From: a virus
IMG/VR virus record: IMGVR_UViG_3300045988_090832
Location: 1 to 37,104 of that record
Direction: 5' to 3' (one strand)
DNA length: 37,104 nt
The notes under the pieces were generated by a model. The model saw only the letters and a program-made list of their open reading frames with translations, had not been told where the DNA came from and ran no database searches. Both the position numbers and the translations under genes were made by a program. Of this stretch, positions 1 through 9,400 are shown piece after piece; position 1 is the stretch's first letter, and every line of letters starts with the position of its first letter.

Positions 1-55
1 GGCGCACGGCGGCTATGCGCTGCGTGCCATCACCTACGACAAGGACAAGCAGACC
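1..55. repeat. 55-nt terminal direct repeat, identical to 37050..37104 (circular-contig overlap)
   Basis: Base-by-base comparison: GGCGCACGGCGGCTATGCGCTGCGTGCCATCACCTACGACAAGGACAAGCAGACC occurs at both ends. An ORF reads through the junction in frame. Unique length is therefore 37,049 bp. Confidence 0.95.
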
Positions 56-214
56 TACACTGTCGCTTGTACCACGGCCGCTGACGATACGACCGCGCAG
101 GCGATCTCGCAGCTGGTGGCAAAGGTGGACGAGCTGACGACCAGCAGCACCGCACTGGCTGCACAGGTGGACTACATCAGCATGATGACCGATACCGATA
201 TGGAGGGCGAGTGA
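2..214 (+). CDS. C-terminal part of a small XkdW-like tail-fibre-module protein (continues from 36904..37104 across the circular junction; about 119 aa in total)
   Basis: The frame from ATG 36904 continues at nt 2 after removing the 55-nt overlap, with stop TGA at 212..214. It sits directly upstream of an XkdX-like gene, as xkdW does in PBSX-type gene order. Only position and size support the family call. Confidence 0.55.
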   Translation, partial: AHGGYALRAITYDKDKQTYTVACTTAADDTTAQAISQLVAKVDELTTSSTALAAQVDYISMMTDTDMEGE

Positions 215-215
215 T

Positions 216-356
216 ATGACGAACTGGTTTGACCGTATCAAGAAATACTACGACGCCGGTCTGTGGACCGAGAAAATGGTCGGCAATGCGGTGACGAAGA
301 AGAAAATCACCGCCGACCAGTACAAGGAAATCACCGGCGATGACTACAACAAATAA
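216..356 (+). CDS. xkdX: XkdX family phage protein (46 aa)
   Basis: Translation is MTNWFDRIKKYYDAGLWTEKMVGNAVTKKKITADQYKEITGDDYNK. The W-F..IK.YY.....T...V...V.K..IT..QYKEITG pattern is typical of XkdX. It was not in the ORF track because it is under 60 aa, so it was read by hand. ATG overlaps the upstream stop (TGATATG). Confidence 0.8.
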   Translation: MTNWFDRIKKYYDAGLWTEKMVGNAVTKKKITADQYKEITGDDYNK

Positions 357-410
357 GAATCACCGGAATTTTTACACTTGATAGGGCAGAAGCCCGGAAA
401 GGACAACATT

Positions 411-617
411 ATGTATCCCAACAACATCTACATCAAGAACTATGCAACCATCAAGAAGTATCCCGGCGATATCGGCGTGCAGCTCGATCAGTACGACAAC
501 GATCACCACCTCAAGCATGACGCACTCGCGCGTGCGCAGTACAAGCACTGGCGCTCGGTGCAGACCGGCGTGCCGGAGCTGCTGAGCGTAGAGGACAAGC
601 GTCTGCTGGGTATTTGA
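411..617 (+). CDS. Hypothetical small phage protein (68 aa)
   Basis: ORF-track frame 378..617. ATG at 411 is preceded by GGAAAGGA. No family recognised. Confidence 0.45.
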   Translation: MYPNNIYIKNYATIKKYPGDIGVQLDQYDNDHHLKHDALARAQYKHWRSVQTGVPELLSVEDKRLLGI

Positions 618-619
618 TC

Positions 620-874
620 ATGCCGGCGGAAGTGATCACAGCGGCGCTCAGTCTGGTCGGAACACTCGTGGGAACGCTCGGCGGTATTGCGCTGTCGAGC
701 AATCTCACGAACTACCGCATTGAGCAGCTGGAGAAGAAGGTGGAGAAGCACAACAACCTCATCAGCCGGACATACGAGTTGGAAAAGGAGTATTCCGTAC
801 TGGATGAGCGTATCCGTGTGGCGAACCACCGCATTGAGGATTTGGAGAAGGAGGAAGTTCTGCATGAAGGTTAA
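620..874 (+). CDS. XhlA-like membrane/coiled-coil lysis-associated protein
   Basis: N-terminal TM segment (AEVITAALSLVGTLVGTLGGIAL) followed by a coiled coil with the ..RIRVANHRIEDLEKE motif seen in XhlA-family proteins. It sits immediately upstream of and overlaps the holin gene. The SD is weak, and the start (ATG 620 vs TTG 614) is uncertain. Confidence 0.5.
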   Translation: MPAEVITAALSLVGTLVGTLGGIALSSNLTNYRIEQLEKKVEKHNNLISRTYELEKEYSVLDERIRVANHRIEDLEKEEVLHEG

Positions 875-1133
875 TGTACCTGTTAGATTTAAGAATCCGT
901 GGTTCTGGGTTGGCGTTGCGTCGGTTGCGATTACGGCGATTGGTGTTGACCCGCAGACGTTTACGAGTTGGGCGGCTGTGTGGAACGGTGCTGTTTCGGT
1001 GCTGTCTAATCCGGTACAGCTTGTTACCATGTGCCTGGCAATCCTCAGCGTGTTCGTAGACCCGACCACCGCAGGGCTGTCGGACAGCGAGAGGGCACTT
1101 AACTACACAAAACCCAACAAGGAGGACGAGTAA
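864..1133 (+). CDS. Holin, phage phi-LC3 family-like
   Basis: MKVNVPVRFKNPWFWVGVASVAITAIG...LAILSVFVDPTTAGLSDSERALNYTKP. Two hydrophobic segments and the DPTT.G.SDS..AL.Y..P tail are characteristic of phi-LC3-type holins. Strong RBS GGAGAAGGAGGA. Lies in the lysis cassette. Confidence 0.75.
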   Translation: MKVNVPVRFKNPWFWVGVASVAITAIGVDPQTFTSWAAVWNGAVSVLSNPVQLVTMCLAILSVFVDPTTAGLSDSERALNYTKPNKEDE

Positions 1134-1391
1134 ATGACCTTTGGTGAGGCTATTGCTGCCGCAAAACGCGGCGACAGAATTAAGCGTGAAGGATGGAACG
1201 GCAAAGACCAGTATGTTGAGCTTGCAACAGCCATTAGTTATAAAAATTCGCGCGGAGAAATCGTAAATGCACGGCACGATGATATCGGTAGCGCAGCTTT
1301 AGCTTTTGTCGGAACCCGTGGCGTTCAGCTCGGCTGGCTCGCTTCGCAGTCCGATATGCTTGCTGACGATTGGAAAATCGTAAAGGAGTAA
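1134..1391 (+). CDS. DUF2829 family protein (Tad2-like, candidate anti-Thoeris sponge)
   Basis: MTFGEAIAAAKRGDRIKREGWNGKDQYVEL...WLASQSDMLADDWKIV. The N-terminal FGEAI.A.K.G..I.R.GWNGK and C-terminal W.ASQ.D.LA.DW.IV signatures are those of DUF2829. RBS AAGGAGGA. Confidence 0.75.
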   Translation: MTFGEAIAAAKRGDRIKREGWNGKDQYVELATAISYKNSRGEIVNARHDDIGSAALAFVGTRGVQLGWLASQSDMLADDWKIVKE

Positions 1392-1393
1392 CT

Positions 1394-2068
1394 ATGCAGA
1401 TCATCGAAACCAATCTGCCGACAAACGGCAGCTTCAAGCGCCGGAACAGCACGGATGAGATTATTCTGCACCATGCGGAAGCAAGCCGCGCGAGTGTGGA
1501 GGAGGTCAACCGCTGGCACCTGGAACGCGGGTGGACCGGCATCGGCTACCATTTCTACATCCGCAAGGACGGCAAGGTTTACAGAGGCCGCCCGGAATGG
1601 TCGGTCGGCGCGCACGCGCAGGGGCACAACAGCCGCGCAATCGGCATTTGCTGCGAGGGCAGCTACATGAGAGAGACCATGCCTGCGGCACAGCTGAACG
1701 CCCTCAAGGAGCTGATCCGTACCATGATGGCGAAATACCCCGGCGCAAAGCTGTTACGGCACAAGGACGTAAACAGCACGGATTGTCCGGGAACAAAGTT
1801 CCCGTGGGCAGAAGTGCAGAAGTTCAACACGGAAACCACGGAAAAGAAGGAGGAAACCAAGATGACAGACAAGGAATTTGCGGCACATGAAGAACGCTAT
1901 CAGGCGGAAAAGGCCAACCAGAAGCCGCATCCGTATGCTGCCGAGGCTTGGCAGGCGGCGACAGACGCCGGTATTGTGGACGGTACCAAGCCGCAGAGTC
2001 CGCTGACGCGCGAACAGCTTGCTGTTATCCTTAAGAGGATCGGCCTTCTGGGGAAGGGCGTGAAGTAA
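1394..2068 (+). CDS. Endolysin: N-acetylmuramoyl-L-alanine amidase (Amidase_2/PGRP fold) with a C-terminal putative wall-binding segment
   Basis: IILHHAEAS...VEEVNRWHLERGWTGIGYHFYIRKDGKVYRGRPEWSVGAHAQGHNSRAIGICCEG...LLRHKDVNSTDCPG is a textbook amidase_2 pattern. ATG 1394 follows AAGGAG. The C-terminal ...AWQAATDAGIVDGTKPQSPLTREQLAVILKR resembles an SLH-like motif. Confidence 0.9.
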   Translation: MQIIETNLPTNGSFKRRNSTDEIILHHAEASRASVEEVNRWHLERGWTGIGYHFYIRKDGKVYRGRPEWSVGAHAQGHNSRAIGICCEGSYMRETMPAAQLNALKELIRTMMAKYPGAKLLRHKDVNSTDCPGTKFPWAEVQKFNTETTEKKEETKMTDKEFAAHEERYQAEKANQKPHPYAAEAWQAATDAGIVDGTKPQSPLTREQLAVILKRIGLLGKGVK

Positions 2069-3421
2069 ATGGGACTGGGTGCTTTTATTAAGGCTGCGGC
2101 CGGTGCTGCCAAGGCTGCCTCGGCGGCAGCTAAGGCCAGCGGCGGCTCGTCCTCGGGCAGCTCGTCGGGTTCTTCCAGTTCGAGCGGTTCTTCGTCCTCT
2201 GGCTCGTCCGGCGCTTCGATGGCGGCAACCGGCAAGGGCGGCAGCTACGCGATCGGCTCGAACAAGGGCAAGAATTTTGTGAGTTCTGCGGCTGCCGGTT
2301 CGACCATGACCGGGTCGGACGGTTCGACGTGGACCAAGAACAGTGACGGCACGACCACGATCAGCAAGGGCGGCCAGACGTTCACCTACGGCGGCGCTTC
2401 CGGCACCGGCGGCTCGGGCGGGAGCAGCTCGGGCGGCGGCTCGTCCTCCGGTGGGGCGTATACGCCGCTCGGATCGCATAACGACCAGACTATCAAGGAC
2501 ACGAGCGTGGAGGATTCCGCCCAGATGGCGGCAATCAAAAAACGCTATGCAGAAGCACAGGCGCGCGGTGACACTGCGGCGATGAAATCTGCCCATGCGG
2601 ACGCCGAGGCGCTGCGTGCGCAGTACGGCTATTCCGGCGGCTCGGACGGCTCGGACTACATCGGCAAGGGCTATGTGAGCGGCAACGTACTGGGCAAGCA
2701 GATGAGCAATCAGCTTAACAGCGGCTTTGACGCTTACAAGAAGTACATGGAGGACGCGGCCGCACAGCAGCAGGCGGCGCTTAAAGCCAAAGTGGACAGC
2801 GCGGTTGCCAGTCTGAACGGTCAGAAATACGACATAATGAAGCAGACCGAGGCCAACAACGCCGCTGCGGAAAAGGCGTATATGCAGAGCATTAAGCCCG
2901 GCGGCTCGAACGCGGAAAACCTTGCGGCAAATGGTTTGCTGACAAGCGGACTTACCGAATCCAGCCAGATCAGCGCGGGCAATGCCTACCAGAACGCGCT
3001 GAACAGCAACGCGACCACGCAGACCGAGACGCTTGCCAAGATCGAGCAGGCCATTACACAGGCACAGCTTACCGGCGATATTGAGGCGGCAAACGCGCTT
3101 GCCAATCTCTATAAGGAGATTGCCGCCAAGCGCTACGAGAATACGCAGAACATCGTTTCGGCAAACCAGTGGGGTCAGCAGTTCGGGCTTTCGCAGGCCG
3201 AGCTGACGGGTACTTACAATGGTACCCAGACGCTTGCCATGCGGCAGTATGAGCTGCAGAAGCAGCAGGTGCAGCAGGAGCTTGAAGCAGGCAAGATCGA
3301 CATGGAGACGGCACGCAAGCAGATTGAGTATATCAATGCGCAGATTGCGTACATGCAGGCTCAGACTACCGGTCAGAACCTTTCCAACAAGTATTCTCAG
3401 TGGCAGCTTAACCAGCTTTAA
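2069..3421 (+). CDS. 450-aa Gly/Ser-rich, Gln/Ala coiled-coil protein of unknown function (possible virion or ejection protein)
   Basis: Long ORF abutting the endolysin stop (TAAATG). The N-terminus is low complexity (GGSSSGSSSGSSSSSGSSSSGSSG). The middle has a DGSTWTKNSDGTTTISKGGQTFTYGG motif. The C-terminal half is Q/A-rich and helical. No family recognised. Confidence 0.6.
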   Translation: MGLGAFIKAAAGAAKAASAAAKASGGSSSGSSSGSSSSSGSSSSGSSGASMAATGKGGSYAIGSNKGKNFVSSAAAGSTMTGSDGSTWTKNSDGTTTISKGGQTFTYGGASGTGGSGGSSSGGGSSSGGAYTPLGSHNDQTIKDTSVEDSAQMAAIKKRYAEAQARGDTAAMKSAHADAEALRAQYGYSGGSDGSDYIGKGYVSGNVLGKQMSNQLNSGFDAYKKYMEDAAAQQQAALKAKVDSAVASLNGQKYDIMKQTEANNAAAEKAYMQSIKPGGSNAENLAANGLLTSGLTESSQISAGNAYQNALNSNATTQTETLAKIEQAITQAQLTGDIEAANALANLYKEIAAKRYENTQNIVSANQWGQQFGLSQAELTGTYNGTQTLAMRQYELQKQQVQQELEAGKIDMETARKQIEYINAQIAYMQAQTTGQNLSNKYSQWQLNQL

Positions 3422-3429
3422 CTACGCCA

Positions 3430-3460
3430 GAGGGCGGCGATTTTCGCCGCCTTCTCTCTT
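3430..3460 (+). terminator. Hairpin (10-bp stem with one G.U) and a weak T-rich tail between the 450-aa and 2336-aa genes; possible attenuator
   Basis: GAGGGCGGCG-ATTTT-CGCCGCCTTC followed by TCTCTCTTT. The T tract is poor, so termination is probably only partial. Confidence 0.35.
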
Positions 3461-3472
3461 TAGGAGGTTCAT

Positions 3473-6400
3473 ATGAGTTTTTACAGCGATTACGAGAAGA
3501 AGAAAAACAAGAACAAAACGTCCGCGCTGCTGAAGGTGCCGCAGGTTGTGCCGCAGAAGCCGGCAAAGCAGGACAACAGCCGCCGTGCAACGGCGGCGCG
3601 CAACGGAGAACAGCAGCGCGTGCAGGCACACCAGAATGCACATCGGCCTGCAAGCACTTATCTGACCGGCGGCAGCACGACAAGAAGTCAGCCGTATGCG
3701 GCTTCTCAGCAGCGGAACACTGTTTTTCAGCAACGAGGGAACACACGGCAGGGCTTTCCCGGCACAGGCAGTCGGAGCACGCAGCAGAACAACTTACGGC
3801 AGCCTGCAAGCACCTATCTGACCGGCGGCAGCGTGACAAGAAGTCAGCCGTATGCGGCAAGTCAGCAGAATCAGCTGTTTTCAGCGAGGAAGGCGGCGGA
3901 GCAGCGGCGTAATCCGCGGCAGAACGTGTCTACTGCGAACAAGAGCAGCGGCGTCGGCAACCCGACGCTGACGCAGTTTCTCAAGAACTCTATGGACTGG
4001 CACACGACCAGCGATCCGAACAGGAAGGCACAGCTGCACGCGCAGAACGACGCCTTGCGGCGCAAGCTCGGTTATGACTACAACCCGCAGACCGGCGCCT
4101 CTTTTGATAAGTACGGCCACGAAATGACTGCCGGCGTGCGCATGGCCTACGGCAGCAAGCCGACCGAACGGCTGAATCAGGCAACTAAGTTGCTGCATAC
4201 CTCGGGCGTGATGGGCAAGACAGACAAGGCAACCGTCTACCCGACCGCCATGCAGGCGGCACAGGGACTGGATGAGGACTATTTCAGCGGTCAGACCGGA
4301 TATAATGCACACAAGACGATGCATGACCTGTTTAACCGCTCGGATGAGACGTGGAGCAGCGAGGACACACAGAGCCGCGACAGGGCCCGTCAGGAGCTTT
4401 CGGACGAGATGAGCCGCATTATGAAGCGGTACGGCCTTACCTATCAGCCGCGCGACAACGCGGATGATATCATGAACCGGCTGAAAGCCGCCGGTGCGGA
4501 CGAAAACACGCTTGCGTATGTGCAGGAAAACATTGATCTGCGGCACGCGGCGGACCGCCTCGGCAACAGCATGGAGGCAGTCGGCAAGCGGTGGATCGCT
4601 TCGCTGCCGTCTCTCGTGGACACCTCGCGTCAGGTGAGCGCGAACGTGGAGGAGAGCCGCCAGAACGAGGAATATCGCCAGCTTGAGGAGCAGGAGCAGA
4701 CACTTGAACTCACCCTGCAGGGCATGAACAGCACAACAGCCGACGGCTCGGTTCCGGCAGACTATCAGGCAGTTTACGATCAGCTGCAGGAGGTCCGCAA
4801 GCGCAAGAACGAGCTGACCGTAAACAAGGGCGTAGACCCAAACAAATGGTCTCAGCGCATGCTGCGCGAGGCGAACGAGGCACAGGCAAACGCCGAGGCC
4901 GGTTTAGCGCCTGCGCCGCGCTGGCTGACCGAACAGGGCATTTCCCTTGCGGGCAATGCGCCGGTGATGGCGGCAAGTGCGATTCCGGGCGTTGGTCCGG
5001 CGGTCGGCTCGCTCGTGATGGGCGCGCAGGCGGCCGGTCAGCGCTCATTTGAGCTGAATGAGCGCGGGATCGGCGCGCGGGAGTCGCTGACGCGAGGGTT
5101 GACCTCGGGTGCGATCGAGGCGGCAACCGAAAGACTGCCGCTCGGTCAGATGAGCAAGATCCTGCACTCCGGCGGCGTGAATGCCGTAAAAAATATCCTC
5201 ATCCAGATGGGTGAGGAGGCGACAGAGGAAAGCGCAAGCTATTTCCTCAACTATGTTGCGGATAAGGCGGCGCAGGATCCGGACGCAAAGTTCAGCCTGC
5301 AGGAGCTTGCCCAGAGCGCCGCAGGCGGCGCGTTCGGCGGCTTGGTGTTTGGTACGGCGGGTGCGGTCGGTTCGAGAGCGGCAACAGATACGGAGCGTAT
5401 GAATGCCGCTGATGCATACGATTACAATCAGGTGCAGCAGCTTGTACAGCTCGACAGCGAGCTGCAGGCGGCGCTTAAGCTGCCGGAAGGACCTATTCGG
5501 GAACGTGCGGTGCAGACCGCGCAGGATAAGATGGTAAACGCGCTGACCGATATGCAGCGGCAGAATGCGGCACGGAGTGCTGAGCTGACTGCGAATTATG
5601 ACGCGGATCTGCAGAATCATCTTGATCTGCAGGAAAAGGCCGAGACAGCACAGTACCTGCAGGAGCAGGAAAACAGAGCGCTCAATCAGCGTGCGGCGGT
5701 ACAGGCGATGCAGCAGATGGATACTCAGACGCAGAATAATGTTATCGACCTGCAGGACCGGCTGAACAATGCTTGGACGGAGCTGCAGGAGATCGATCAG
5801 GGAGACGGGCGGCTCTCGGTGGCCGAAATGCAGCGCCGTAATCAACTGATGGACGAAATCCGTCAGTTGAACGCACAGCTGAATGAGCAGGGAGTGAAGA
5901 CCGGCGCTGTTATGCCAGAAATCCAGCAGAATGACATGATTCGCACGGCAGACCGCGGAAACGTGGGCGAGGTGCTGAACCAGAATCCGGACGGCAGTTA
6001 CAATGCGTTTTTCCGAAACAACGAGACCGGCGAGGAAGGTATTCACCGCGTCGAAGCCGAGAACGCACAGCGGATCGCAGAACCGGGCACCTATGAGGTG
6101 GCAAGCGAGCAGCAGCGCGCCGCCGCTGCTGAGGAAGCGCTGAGTCCGTCACTGGACGACTCGGAATATCAGTTTGTGCAGAACCAAAAGGAGCAGGCGA
6201 AGCCGCTCGGCAACTATGAGATGTACGGCAAGACGCCGAAACAGGCGGCACAGGAGCTGCAGGAACAGCTGAACAGTCAGCACTCGTTTGTCTATGAGTC
6301 AGACGAACAGGCGGCACGCCGTGAACAGAACAGCGAGCTGCGCGGCCAGTTTGAGCTTGCACAGCCGGTACGCCGCCAGATGGAGAAATTTAAGAATAAC

Positions 6401-9400
6401 CATCCGCTCAGCGACAAGGACAACAGCTTACTGCAGGGTGCGCTGCTCAACGGTGCAACGGACAAGTTCTCGCAGGCGGACGATCCTGCGGCTGTTATGC
6501 ACATGTACCAGCTGACGCAGGAGGAGCAGCGCCTTATGCAGCCGCTGCGGGAGTATGCACAGGCCCGTCGAGACGCTCTCAGCTTAAGCGCGGAAGAAAT
6601 GGCTGACGCGATTGCAGAGAAAGCAAAGGACAAGCGCATTCCCGGCGCTTACAGCCGTGAGACGATGGAGCGCAACAGTTATGATATTTTCGGCAAGGAA
6701 AACCGCCAGTACGCCGAAACACTCAACGAGCAGTATTTTACGCCGGTGCACAAGGCGGTTGCAGACCGGACACAATACATCAACACGGTAAAGGACCGGA
6801 TCGCAAAGCTGAATTTAAGCAAGCACGAAAGCGCACTTGTGCAGATGATGCTGGAAGGTGAGAACGGTGCCGCTGCGGACTATATCGCGGCGAAGAAAAT
6901 CAAGGTAACGAGCAAGCTGCAGGAACGTGTCGCAAACGGCGTTGCGGAATTCCGCGCCATTTACGACGATATGTACAACAAGCTCTGCGATACCCTGATC
7001 GCAAACGGCATGTGGGACAGTGTGCCGGGATACCTCAAGGACTATGCGCCGCATTTTACTGTAGACAAGCCGGACACCAAACTTGCGCGCGTGCTGTACA
7101 AATTCGGCATTAAGCCGGACAGCACGCTCAATCTTCCGACTCCGATTGCCGGCATTACAGACGACCGCAACCCGGGTAAGAAGTGGTTCGGCAACCTGCT
7201 GCACCGAAACGGTGAACTGACGGAGTTTGACGCGGTGGCCGGGTTTGACCGATATGTAGAGACGGCCGGTGACGTTATCTATCTTACGGACAGCATTCAG
7301 AACCTGCGCACACTGGAGGATGCAATTCGGTATCGGCTTTCCGATGACGGAACCAGGCAGAAAATCAACGAGATTCGCAAAGACCGCACGTTGGATCCAC
7401 TCGAACGCCACCAGCAGACGCAGGACGTTTATGACAAGAATGTTGATGACACGAAAAAGCTGCTCGACCAGAAACACGCGGGCATGGGCGGCTATGTTGC
7501 CAATCTGCACGAGTATATCAATAATTTGGCAGGCAAGAAAGCCCGCGCGGACCGTGGCTGGGAGGAAATGCTCGGACGCCAGATGTACAACGTGGCAAAG
7601 AATGTTGAGGGTAGAGTGGCGGCGAATATGATCGCGCTGAACCCCGGCTCGTGGATCACAAACTTTATTCCGCTCACACAGGCTGCCGGTGAGGTGAGCA
7701 CGCCGAACCTGCTGCGTGCGGCTTACGACACGGTAAAGAGTGCGATTCGGGACGATGGTTTTACGGATGGTTCGGTATTTTTGACCAACCGTGAGGGCAC
7801 GCAGATGCTCGACCGGACGCTGACGCGTAAGGTCTCCGATCTGGCTGGAATGCCGATGGAGGCTATCGACCATTTCACGGCCAACATTGTGACGCGCGGC
7901 AAGTACCTCCAGAACATTGCAGACGGTATGACGGTAAACCAGGCGTTTGAAAATGCCGATGCGTTTGCTTCTAACCTGATGGCGGACCGCTCCAAAGGTG
8001 CACAGCCGACAGCATTTAATGCCGTCAACCCGATTCGCAAGATGTTTACCATGTTCCAGCTGGAGGTCAATAACCAGCTGAGCTACTTAGCAAAGGACCT
8101 GCCGAGGGCCAAGCAGAACAAGGCTGCGCTTGCATGGTCGTACACTAAGATTTTTGCCGGTGCTTATCTGTTTAATCAGGTATACCACCAGCTGACCGGC
8201 CGTGATTCGGCGCTTGACCCGATCGGCATGATCGTTGATGCGTTCGGATTGGACGACGATGACGACAAGGACAAGAAGAAAAAGTCCGGCGTGGACATTG
8301 CGCTTGACCTTGGCGAAAATATTGCGGAACAGATTCCGTTTGTCGGCGGTCTGCTCGGCGGCGGCCGTGTGCCGATCTCCTCGGCCTTCCCGGATTTCGG
8401 CAAGCTGAAAGAGGAATATGAGAACGGCTACGACAACAAGCGCATTGCGCTTGACGCGGCAAAGAGCGCGGCCAACTCGGCGGCGTACCTGCTGCTGCCG
8501 TTCGGCGGCGGTGCTGTAAAGAAGGCGCTTGAGGGCGCGGCAACCGTATATGCGGGCGGCAGCTACAGTCTGGACAAGAACGGCGAGAAGATCCTGCAGT
8601 TCCCGACCTACGGCCAGAGTCCGAGAGATTGGGCGCAGGCTATGCTGTTCGGCAAGTCGTCGCTGCAGGGCGCGCAGGAGTGGGCGGATGATGATTACCA
8701 GAGCCTTAATGCGGACGAGACAAAGGCGTTTGATGAATTGCGTCAGCACATGAACTGGTTCAAGGACGAAAACGGGAACACCATTGACAATTCCGAGGCG
8801 GTGTTTGCGGCTATTAAGGCTATGCGTGCCATTACGGACGAGATGAAAGAAAAGTACCCGGACGATTACACGGCGATTGCTGCAGGCAAGAAACGCGAAA
8901 TGCTGTTTAACGACAACGATCTGAATGAGATTCAGAAAAAGTATCTTGACCGTGAACTGATCGGCAGTTCGGTCGGTGCGTCCGGCGACTACTCCTCCCG
9001 GGATATGTTCGACATCAGCCAGAAGGTGCGCGAGGCCCGTCAAGATGATGCGATGGAGGCACTCAAACACGGAATTTCCGTTGATGAGTTTGCAAACTGG
9101 GACGGCATTATCGAGGAAACGCTTGCGGATAACGAAGTAGATGCAAAGGATTTTGTCGAAGGACAGAATAACGAGCTGTACAAAAAGAATGAGGCACTTT
9201 TGGCAATCCTTAACGAGTACGGTAACAGCGGCGAACACACGGACGCGGAAAAGAACGCGTTTGCGGACTATCTGCTGATCTCTGCTATGGAGGACAGCGA
9301 CAAGGAACGCTGGGACGAGGTAAAGGGTACGGTAAACGCGACCGACTTTGTGAAGTTTGCAAGCGACATGACGACGTACAACAAGGAGTACAAAGGTTCC

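Noticed and set aside
1-55. The terminal repeat as true physical direct terminal repeats of the virion DNA.
   Set aside because: It is exactly 55 nt, lies inside a coding sequence and has no flanking packaging signals, so an assembly overlap of a circular contig is more likely. This cannot be settled without read data.
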